Shown one piece after another: positions 27,398 through 34,558 of a stretch of DNA of 35,037 bases. Position 1 is the first letter of the stretch. Each line of letters opens with the position of its first letter. Origin of the DNA: a virus (Duplodnaviria; Caudoviricetes); IMG/VR virus record IMGVR_UViG_3300032212_000096, positions 1 to 35,037 of that record; one strand, given 5' to 3'. The position numbers and the translations under genes were made by a program. The notes beneath the pieces are model-generated. The model was not told the origin of the DNA and searched no databases. It was given only the letters and a program-made list of their open reading frames with translations.

Positions 27398-27895
27398 CTA
27401 AAATGGGATTTCATCTTCATCTACTTCATACTCAGGTAATGAACCTTGACCGCCTTGTGGCTGATGGTTACTTGAATTATCTTGTGGTATGTTTTGCGTT
27501 TGATAGTTTTGTTGAGTTGATGTATTATTTGCACTATCTTGTTGTTTATAACTATTATCTTGACTTTCTGCTTTTGTATCTAACATCTGCATACTCTCGA
27601 CTGTTACGCTGTGCTTAGAGCGTTTCTGCCCTTGTTGATCTGTCCATTGTTCAAACATCAAGCGACCATCGATTAAACACTTAGAACCTTTTCTTAGATA
27701 CTGGTTTGCAATCTCCGCTGACTTGCCAAAGAAAGTTATGTCAACAAAGCAAACTTCTTCTGATTTTGTTCCATCTTGCTTTTTGAATTTTTTATTACTA
27801 GCAATAGCTGTCTTGGCTAATGCTGTACCGCCATTTGTGTATCTAAGTTCGATATCTCTTGTTAAAGAACCAACCAGTATAATTTTATTGAACAT
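27398..27895 (-). CDS. ssb: Single-stranded DNA-binding protein
   Basis: MFNKIILVG.LTRDIELRY, EEVCFVDITFFG, and acidic tail DEDEIPF. Confidence 0.95.
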   Translation of the reverse strand: MFNKIILVGSLTRDIELRYTNGGTALAKTAIASNKKFKKQDGTKSEEVCFVDITFFGKSAEIANQYLRKGSKCLIDGRLMFEQWTDQQGQKRSKHSVTVESMQMLDTKAESQDNSYKQQDSANNTSTQQNYQTQNIPQDNSSNHQPQGGQGSLPEYEVDEDEIPF

Positions 27896-28436
27896 ATCTT
27901 ATCCTTTTTATTATTGCAGAAATAGTTTTTTTATCTACTTCATATTCTTTCCCTAAGCTCATCATACTATATCCAGTACAGTGCTTATTCCTAATATCTT
28001 CCGCTTGTTTCATTGTTAATTTTCTTAATTTTTTGTTTTCCTTCCCTTTATTTTTTTTGCCATTTTCTTTTCCTATTTTTCTAGCTGTTTCTCTATGCTT
28101 CTCTGTATATCTTTGTAAACCATTTCTAATAGCATGAATTTGATTTTCCGAACTTGTAACCCATTGTAGGTTTTCAATATTATTATTTTTCTTATCTCCA
28201 TCAATGTGGTTTACTTCTTCTTTGTTTTCTGTATTATCAAGGAAAGTATTAGCAATAATCCTATGAACAGAAAAAGTTTTTCTTTTTTTATCTCTTGATA
28301 GCCCTACGCTAAGATACCCATTGTTGTTCACATGAAACTTTAAGAATTTACCTTTATGCTTATGCTTTTTGTGGCTATATATCTTCCCATCTATTGTGGC
28401 TGAATATAATTTCTCATACCCTTTGATATACTTCAT
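27885..28436 (-). CDS. Free-standing NUMOD4-HNH homing endonuclease
   Basis: IKGYEKLY...G.IYS, VHRIIA..F, VNHIDGDKKNN..ENL.W....EN..HA. Confidence 0.9.
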   Translation of the reverse strand: MKYIKGYEKLYSATIDGKIYSHKKHKHKGKFLKFHVNNNGYLSVGLSRDKKRKTFSVHRIIANTFLDNTENKEEVNHIDGDKKNNNIENLQWVTSSENQIHAIRNGLQRYTEKHRETARKIGKENGKKNKGKENKKLRKLTMKQAEDIRNKHCTGYSMMSLGKEYEVDKKTISAIIKRIRYVQ

Positions 28437-28453
28437 TATATTTCCTTTTCAGC

Positions 28454-28462
28454 AGTATATCA
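28454..28462 (-). promoter_or_regulatory. Extended -10 promoter TGATATACT for the HNH and ssb genes
   Basis: Near-consensus match in an intergenic gap. Confidence 0.5.
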
Positions 28463-28644
28463 TAAAACTATTGATTCTTTTATATCCCCTGCTTTATTGT
28501 GTTTATTATGTCAATTAAAATTAAAAAAGAAATACCCTCTAGTTTAGTTTCTAATGTTTTAGATTTATATGTAGCAAAAGCTACAAGTATTGCAAGGATT
28601 AGCCATACTGTTTCCATTTCATTCTCCCATATTATTTATACGTC

Positions 28645-28827
28645 TTACTCATTAGATGCGTAGTTAACTTCTAGCCATAATATAACAAAATCAAGAGGAT
28701 TAGTAAAATCATTTTCACTTACAGATTCTACCATTTTGTCTATTAAGACTTCTCTTGATTCTTTATTATCATAGCACTCTTTAACTATGCTCCAAAAAGT
28801 ACAGTTGTATCGTTGTAGCATAGTCAT
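28645..28827 (-). CDS. Hypothetical protein
   Basis: 60-aa ORF with AAGGA RBS. Confidence 0.5.
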   Translation of the reverse strand: MTMLQRYNCTFWSIVKECYDNKESREVLIDKMVESVSENDFTNPLDFVILWLEVNYASNE

Positions 28828-28835
28828 ATTAATCC

Positions 28836-29147
28836 TTATTTGTACCCTAAGTTATGAGCTGTTTGCATAGCTCTTTCAAAATCATCTACTACAAATTTAG
28901 GAGTTATCCCAAATCTACCAACAAACTCTATAACAAACTCTATATGATCTCTCATCTGTACTGTTGACAACTTAGCACTACTTATAGAAACATCATCTAC
29001 TTTAGGATAGTTTTCGTCAATATCCTTTAACCCTTTTCGTAAATAGTCCATATTTTCAACTGTGATATGTTCAGCTAAAGCCTGTTTGTGTATATCGGTA
29101 ATAAATGCAAAATAGAAATTATTTTGATTTAGGGTTCGAGTAGCCAC
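28836..29147 (-). CDS. NinB/Orf-like recombination protein
   Basis: RTLNQN..Y N-terminus and SSAKLS..QM..HIE C-terminus. Confidence 0.65.
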   Translation of the reverse strand: MATRTLNQNNFYFAFITDIHKQALAEHITVENMDYLRKGLKDIDENYPKVDDVSISSAKLSTVQMRDHIEFVIEFVGRFGITPKFVVDDFERAMQTAHNLGYK

Positions 29148-29149
29148 AA

Positions 29150-29746
29150 TTAGCCCTCGAAATTTGCTAGTTGTTCAATCAGCATTTGAGTATTTTTAAG
29201 CCACTTATTAACTGTATTGTGTACTAAATTCTTATCACTCATATCAATATCTTTAGATAAAAAAGCTACTGGGTCAACTCCCTCATTTTCACAAATGGTT
29301 TTAAAATCAGCCCAAATTCTCTTTTTATCATCATCACTTGCTTTAGATGCTGTTGGTCGGTTTTCTTTAGAATTATCCATACTATCAGCATCTTTAGTAT
29401 CATCAAGAGCAAACAGACCATTAAGGGCATATTTACGTGCATAAGATGAAGTAGCACCTGTTATCTGTGCTTCGTCCATACCTTTCTTTTGTAGTGGCTC
29501 TCTAGCAAACGCTGAAACGCTATGTGCATCTTCACCACTAAATGTTATAGTTGCGGTTGATTTAACATAAATACGTTCTCCTACCATAACAATATCATCT
29601 TCAATAGTTAATGCACACTTGTATTTTTCAAGTAATGGCTTAACTGCTTCTGTAATATCCTCTAGTGAACGATATTTATATTTACCGAATTTATTAAACT
29701 GTGACTTAGGAGCTTTTAACTCCACTTGTATTTTAGATAAACTCAT
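29150..29746 (-). CDS. erf: ERF-family ssDNA annealing protein
   Basis: KYRSLEDI, AQITGATSSYARKYAL.GLF...D..DAD. Confidence 0.92.
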   Translation of the reverse strand: MSLSKIQVELKAPKSQFNKFGKYKYRSLEDITEAVKPLLEKYKCALTIEDDIVMVGERIYVKSTATITFSGEDAHSVSAFAREPLQKKGMDEAQITGATSSYARKYALNGLFALDDTKDADSMDNSKENRPTASKASDDDKKRIWADFKTICENEGVDPVAFLSKDIDMSDKNLVHNTVNKWLKNTQMLIEQLANFEG

Positions 29747-29811
29747 TATTTTTTACCTCCAAACCAATACATAAACAGCTCACTCGCTGTCATTTCTTTT
29801 TCTTTACTCAT
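29746..29811 (-). CDS. 21-aa leader peptide MSKEKEMTASELFMYWFGGKK (not in ORF track)
   Basis: AGGAG RBS; TAATG overlap with the erf start. Confidence 0.6.
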   Translation of the reverse strand: MSKEKEMTASELFMYWFGGKK

Positions 29812-29814
29812 GTT

Positions 29815-29940
29815 AACTCCTATGTTTAGATGGTGTTATTGTAGTACACATTAACTTAATCAGACCTTTACCAAAGCAAATGATAAGTAAAGGTTTATTT
29901 AATCTTTTAAATGTTATCATTTGCCAAATCAAATAAAGGT
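29815..29940. promoter_or_regulatory. Divergent control region: RBS hairpin, back-to-back promoters and inverted repeats
   Basis: AAC-ATAGGA-GTT hairpin (29815-29826, minus); leftward TACAAT; rightward TGTTATCAT; inverted repeats GCAAATGATAA/TTATCATTTGC and ACCTTTAC/GTAAAGGT. Confidence 0.65.
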
Positions 29941-29945
29941 AAAAC

Positions 29946-30086
29946 ATGAGTAATAAAGAAGGTTATGTAATTGTAGATAGAGATGTAAAGGAAAGATTTA
30001 AGGCTGTATGTAAAAAAGAAGGTCGCACTATGAAAGGTATGATTTTGCACGTTACTAATGAGTTTGAAAAAAAACATAAAAAGTAA
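29946..30086 (+). CDS. 46-aa ribbon-helix-helix regulator (ParG/CopG-like; not in ORF track)
   Basis: MSNKEGYVIVDRDVKERFKAVCKKEGRTMKGMILHVTNEF; AAAGGT RBS; first rightward gene. Confidence 0.75.
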   Translation: MSNKEGYVIVDRDVKERFKAVCKKEGRTMKGMILHVTNEFEKKHKK

Positions 30087-30104
30087 ATAACTGTAGGAGG
30101 TTAT
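30087..30104 (+). promoter_or_regulatory. RBS hairpin ATAACT-GTAGGA-GGTTAT
   Basis: One of four related RBS hairpins. Confidence 0.6.
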
Positions 30105-30107
30105 GAA

Positions 30108-30890
30108 ATGAAAGTAATCGCATGGCTAATAATATTAGCTTCTATGGCACTTTTACAATGGCATAGCATAAATACTTGGATTAGCTTTTCTGATGCTGTT
30201 AGTGGCTCTCTAATGTCTGTATTGATTGAAGTTATCGCTTTGTACTTTTGGTATAATCGCAATATTATATTAGCTCCTTTAACTTCTGCTTTTGTGATCT
30301 GTTTCGCATTGTATAACTTAGGGCATAAAGTTATTAATGATGAAGATACAAAAGCTCAAAAAGAAGTAGTTAACAAGCAAGAGCAAATTGTTATGAATGT
30401 TCTTGATAGTATTAAAGATAAACAGTACCCAATAACGATACAAAAGACACTTGCAAGTTTAGAGAAAATTAAAGAGTCAAAAGAGAAAGCATATACTGTT
30501 GATTATTCAAAGTGGGGTACTATTTTCTTACTTGGCTCTGTTTTAATCTTGGTTCAAATAGGACAAATCAAAGCTATGATTTCGTTGCGTCCTGTAAGGG
30601 TTACTTTATACGATAATGAGCATAAACAAAAAGAGATGAAACAAGCTGTTACACCTTTACGAAACAAGCCTGTAGATAGTTCTATTCAAGTTTTAGCCGA
30701 TAAGACTTTGAGAGCGTTACGTGAGTTTCAGTTGCAATACAGTCTAAATTCTGAAACACTTACACGTAAGGCTTTAGACTTAGATGCAACTACTTTTTCA
30801 CGATTACGTTCTACCTATGAAACTGGTAAAGGTACAAGTGAAGATAAAATGAATATGATATTAGAAAGGATAGAAAATTATGAAAAGTAA
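30108..30890 (+). CDS. Multi-pass membrane protein with a soluble, possibly HTH-like C-terminus
   Basis: Three N-terminal hydrophobic segments, a coiled coil, a fourth TM, then a charged helical tail. Confidence 0.65.
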   Translation: MKVIAWLIILASMALLQWHSINTWISFSDAVSGSLMSVLIEVIALYFWYNRNIILAPLTSAFVICFALYNLGHKVINDEDTKAQKEVVNKQEQIVMNVLDSIKDKQYPITIQKTLASLEKIKESKEKAYTVDYSKWGTIFLLGSVLILVQIGQIKAMISLRPVRVTLYDNEHKQKEMKQAVTPLRNKPVDSSIQVLADKTLRALREFQLQYSLNSETLTRKALDLDATTFSRLRSTYETGKGTSEDKMNMILERIENYEK

Positions 30891-31263
30891 ATATGCTAGA
30901 AATGGTAATGTGGATTATTGTAAATCGATTGGTAGAAGCGATTCATATTTAGCAACAATCAAATCTCAACGCTCTAAACGTTATCGTTATTATGTTGTGC
31001 TTGGAAAAGGCAGTCCAACTATAGGACATCAAAAATATGACTCATATGCTGATTGTTTACGTAAAAAAATGACTGATATTTATTATGATGTAGGAAGTGA
31101 AGCTCTTGCTAAGTTCCTTTATAAAAATAAACTATATACAAATATGCATCATGCAAGAAGATTTGTTAATGAGGTTATGTTCTCGTATGGTACGATGAAA
31201 ATTAATATTATGTCTAAAATGCGTAAGATCATTAAGCTGTGGAGAAAAGAGCATGAAGCATAA
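30880..31263 (+). CDS. Basic hypothetical protein
   Basis: ORF overlapping both neighbours; RBS present. Confidence 0.6.
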   Translation: MKSKYARNGNVDYCKSIGRSDSYLATIKSQRSKRYRYYVVLGKGSPTIGHQKYDSYADCLRKKMTDIYYDVGSEALAKFLYKNKLYTNMHHARRFVNEVMFSYGTMKINIMSKMRKIIKLWRKEHEA

Positions 31264-31486
31264 GGAATTAAAAGTTATTGAAACTGTAAAGGTTATGAGA
31301 AACTTTGTCAATGGAAATATTCAAAAAGAGGTTTTATTTAAAGTGGGTGAAACCAAGAGAGATACAAGAAAACTTAATAAAATGAGTCCAAATCAAACAA
31401 ACAGAATATTAACTCAATTAGGATATGAAGTTTATTATAACTCTGATAATGTAATGAGATTACGTAAAAAGGCTAAAAATGCCTAA
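31253..31486 (+). CDS. Hypothetical protein
   Basis: Coupled ORF. Confidence 0.55.
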   Translation: MKHKELKVIETVKVMRNFVNGNIQKEVLFKVGETKRDTRKLNKMSPNQTNRILTQLGYEVYYNSDNVMRLRKKAKNA

Positions 31487-31832
31487 GTATACTCATTGTA
31501 AATCATGCAATAGAAACAGGATAGGAAAAGCGTTTACTTATGATAATGAAATGTGTAATGATTGTTATACTGAATATAAGCATCACCAGTTCGTTATATA
31601 TGGCACTCAATGGAGAAGAAAGTGTAAGTATTGCTCTGATACTAAAAACACGTTTACAAGCTTTTATAAGCATAGTACAAGCATAGTTTATTCTAATACG
31701 TGTACCGATTGTAAATCAAAGCATTATAGGGTTAAAAGTAAGAAGAATTACAAGAGAGTAAAAGATCACCCTACTGGAAATAGTAAGGACGATTTTGTTT
31801 ATAGATTTGCGAGGGAGTTTAAGACTTCATAA
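31479..31832 (+). CDS. Cys-rich double Zn-finger protein
   Basis: Four CxxC motifs. Confidence 0.6.
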   Translation: MPKYTHCKSCNRNRIGKAFTYDNEMCNDCYTEYKHHQFVIYGTQWRRKCKYCSDTKNTFTSFYKHSTSIVYSNTCTDCKSKHYRVKSKKNYKRVKDHPTGNSKDDFVYRFAREFKTS

Positions 31833-32220
31833 TCTTAGACAATCTTTCGGCTCGGTTTGGTGTTTGCTTCTGCCATTTAGAGTCAAGCATCTCTTTAGCA
31901 GCCATGTCATAATCTTTATTTTCAATGGCTAACCACATTTTTTTAAACTTCAAAACACCGCTTACACCTAATTGATATACCATGTTGAAAACTACTCTTT
32001 GCTTTTCCATAGGCATTTCAATAATAAATGGTTTTTCATTTACAAGTTCTGCTATCTTTGATTCAATGTCAACTCTTAGCATAGCTTTAGCCATAGGTCT
32101 AGTAATGCCCTGTTCAATGTTTGTACCATATCCAATAGTTAAGACACCTATTGTATCATGGTATGGCTTAGATTCAAAGCCCTCATCAAAAATAATATCA
32201 TCTATAATTGAGTTAATCAA
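31819..32220 (-). CDS. Endolysin, T4-lysozyme-like (GH24)
   Basis: EG....Y.DT.G..TIGYG, NMVYQLG..G..KF..M, DSKW.KQTPNRA. Confidence 0.92.
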   Translation of the reverse strand: MINSIIDDIIFDEGFESKPYHDTIGVLTIGYGTNIEQGITRPMAKAMLRVDIESKIAELVNEKPFIIEMPMEKQRVVFNMVYQLGVSGVLKFKKMWLAIENKDYDMAAKEMLDSKWQKQTPNRAERLSKIMKS

Positions 32221-32759
32221 AGTTCACCCCTTTTAAATTTTTCTAAGTTGTGATAAGTTGCATTTTGATGGTCGTTAACTTCTTCAATCCTATCTGTGTT
32301 TTTCTCTATAGCTCTCTCATCTCTGATAAATCTATGATCTATCGCTGTAAAGGTTGATGCAACAAAGAAACAGATAATACCACCAAGTACAATAAATATA
32401 GACCATGCTATAACTGCTCTTGTTTTGTTTTCGTTATTTGAATTTCTAATAGCTTCTTTGATTTTTTCATCAAAGTTCTCTTTGGTTGAATCACAATTAT
32501 CCCTGTAGCCATCGTCCATTTTTTCGATTTTATTAACTAGAGTAGTCATTGCAAGTTGTATATCTTTATGCTCTGCTTTTCTATCATTGTTAGAATTATC
32601 AAGCCTTTTAATATCGTGCTGTAACCCCTCATATTTTAAAGCATTTGCTCTGTCACCCTCTAAAAGTTTTTCTATTGTTCCCTCTAGCTTTTGAATACTG
32701 CTAGTAACATTGTTTGTAAACTCTTTTAGAAACTTTGTTAATTCACTATTATCGTCCAT
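32217..32759 (-). CDS. Coiled-coil membrane protein in the lysis cassette
   Basis: Long coiled coil and one TM; overlaps the endolysin start. Confidence 0.55.
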   Translation of the reverse strand: MDDNSELTKFLKEFTNNVTSSIQKLEGTIEKLLEGDRANALKYEGLQHDIKRLDNSNNDRKAEHKDIQLAMTTLVNKIEKMDDGYRDNCDSTKENFDEKIKEAIRNSNNENKTRAVIAWSIFIVLGGIICFFVASTFTAIDHRFIRDERAIEKNTDRIEEVNDHQNATYHNLEKFKRGEL

Positions 32760-32780
32760 GAATAGAGCCTTTTTTATTGG

Positions 32781-32789
32781 ATTATAACA
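32781..32789 (-). promoter_or_regulatory. Extended -10 promoter TGTTATAAT
   Basis: Consensus match in the gap upstream of 32759. Confidence 0.55.
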
Positions 32790-32791
32790 CG

Positions 32792-33085
32792 TTATTCTTT
32801 GTCAATTTCTTTATTGTAGGCATTAATAGCTTTTGTTGTAGATTCAAAATCAGCTGAACGCTCATAACAAGCTTTTTCAAAACTTTTAACACCTAACACT
32901 ACACTATGATCTACTTCCCACTTGGTAGCACTTATGCGTTTCATAGAACCATTTAAATCTAAAACAGGCGGTAAAGTCTTAGGCTCATATTCTGGACATG
33001 GCAGATATTCAATTTTAGTACACCCACTAACCAAAAGTGATAGTGTCACCAATATTAGTATTGTTGAGGTCGTTAACTTCTTCAT
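32792..33085 (-). CDS. Outer-membrane spanin-like lipoprotein (o-spanin)
   Basis: Probable start MKKLTT; lipobox VSGC; Pro-rich; overlaps the preceding gene. Confidence 0.7.
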   Translation of the reverse strand: MKKLTTSTILILVTLSLLVSGCTKIEYLPCPEYEPKTLPPVLDLNGSMKRISATKWEVDHSVVLGVKSFEKACYERSADFESTTKAINAYNKEIDKE

Positions 33086-33293
33086 TGTGTTCCTTTTCAA
33101 TTTTATCTGTAAGGTCTTTGTATACTTTCTCTTTAACTGCTTTTCCCTCAAAAATAGCCTTGTTGTGTAGGGCTAAAGTTTCAAGATTATTTACCTTGTT
33201 TTTTAAGTAGTCATTTTGATATGAATTGAAAGCTGAGTTACCTAAAATAGATAAGCCTATGGCTAGAGCTACAATGTCTTTAGTTTCCATCAC
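33027..33293 (-). CDS. Inner-membrane spanin-like protein (i-spanin)
   Basis: N-terminal TM plus coiled coil; overlaps the lipoprotein gene. Confidence 0.6.
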   Translation of the reverse strand: MMETKDIVALAIGLSILGNSAFNSYQNDYLKNKVNNLETLALHNKAIFEGKAVKEKVYKDLTDKIEKEHNEEVNDLNNTNIGDTITFG

Positions 33294-33496
33294 TTAGCCT
33301 TGTTTACAGTCTTAGCATCTGTAGATACTTCTATTTTAGTATCTCCATGTGTTGCTTTTATTTTTATGTCACCTATAAACATATAGATAACTAGACCTAA
33401 TATTGCTATTGAGATGCTAAACTTTAAAGGACTTTCTCTAAACTCTGCACCTGCACCGCTTATCAAACTTTTAATAAAACTTTTCTTTTTAATCAT
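33290..33496 (-). CDS. Small single-TM protein (holin candidate)
   Basis: 68 aa, one TM, in the lysis cassette. Confidence 0.45.
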   Translation of the reverse strand: MIKKKSFIKSLISGAGAEFRESPLKFSISIAILGLVIYMFIGDIKIKATHGDTKIEVSTDAKTVNKAK

Positions 33497-33984
33497 TAGA
33501 ATAACCTTTTAGCTCTTTCTGAACAATGATACCCTCTACGGTCATAAACTGCAAGTATACGACAATGTAAACAACTCACCCATGAAGCTTTACCATCATC
33601 AATTCTATCACCTAAAGTAGAGGATACAGTTTGTCCGTTCATGTATCCCATAAAGTAATTAGCAAGGCGGTTAATTTTGTGCATATTATCTCCGATACTA
33701 GGTATCCATGAAAAGAATATTAGTACAAAATAAAGCAACCAAGCTAATATGAATCCTATTGCTCCACCTATCTTTTTACCATATAGGAAAGGCATGACAA
33801 ATAAGGCAAAAGTGAACTCATAAGCTAACATAAAAGGGATAAACAGCACCTTAGCGATAGTTCGCCACCCTAAAGTTTTATCTCTGTAGTCTGTAACGAT
33901 TACTGCAATAGCTATTCCTATCCATAAGAATATAGCAAACGACCAAAAGTAGTTCTCTTTGATTAGGTTTAGTAGTTCATTCAT
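33496..33984 (-). CDS. Phage membrane protein
   Basis: Three TMs, then a TVSSTLG...C..L...D...HC motif seen in genes next to tail fibres. Confidence 0.55.
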   Translation of the reverse strand: MNELLNLIKENYFWSFAIFLWIGIAIAVIVTDYRDKTLGWRTIAKVLFIPFMLAYEFTFALFVMPFLYGKKIGGAIGFILAWLLYFVLIFFSWIPSIGDNMHKINRLANYFMGYMNGQTVSSTLGDRIDDGKASWVSCLHCRILAVYDRRGYHCSERAKRLF

Positions 33985-33985
33985 T

Positions 33986-34558
33986 TTAAGCCTTTACTGG
34001 TGTTGGAAAGTTTGTTTCAAGCTCTACAAGCAACTCTGCTACTGTAGGCATCGTGCGATTGCCTAAACCTATTTCTATCTCTTGTGCTTCTACATAATCG
34101 AAAATATTATCTCTCCAATCTGTAAGAGTTACAGCATAGGCATTGTATTTAGCTTTCTTGCTTACTAAATACCCTGATGCTCTATCCATAGGACTTGAAC
34201 CTTTGAAGCCAAATGATAACGCTGTATCGTTAAGCAGTTTGTAAATAGCGTTTTCTATGTCTTCTACTGCTTGTTTCATCGAGTCAACACCAATAGCTAC
34301 TGTATCAGGTTTAAACACTCCATCAGTAGCAGTAGCTTCGTAGTGAGCATAGCGATTACCTTCTGAATCTAAAGCGTACTCTTTCAGGATTGGCAACCCT
34401 TTTGCATCAAAAATTCTATCAAATCTAATAGTATCTATTGGCTGAAACCATACCTTAACAATAGGGTTTGTCTCAACTATTCTATTAGCACCATCTTTAA
34501 GGAATATTTTACCTGTTAGTGGTGTTTCTATTGTGTCATAATATCGCATTATTTCCAT
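33986..34558 (-). CDS. Putative tail-fibre assembly/chaperone protein
   Basis: Follows the fibre gene; C-terminal WRD.....PTVAELLVEL motif. Confidence 0.55.
   Translation of the reverse strand: MEIMRYYDTIETPLTGKIFLKDGANRIVETNPIVKVWFQPIDTIRFDRIFDAKGLPILKEYALDSEGNRYAHYEATATDGVFKPDTVAIGVDSMKQAVEDIENAIYKLLNDTALSFGFKGSSPMDRASGYLVSKKAKYNAYAVTLTDWRDNIFDYVEAQEIEIGLGNRTMPTVAELLVELETNFPTPVKA

Noticed and set aside
1833-29457. Many short plus-strand ORFs opposite the minus-strand genes, including 27358..27618, and the nested ORF 29266..29457
   Set aside because: They are antisense or nested shadows of well-supported genes and show no recognisable motifs.
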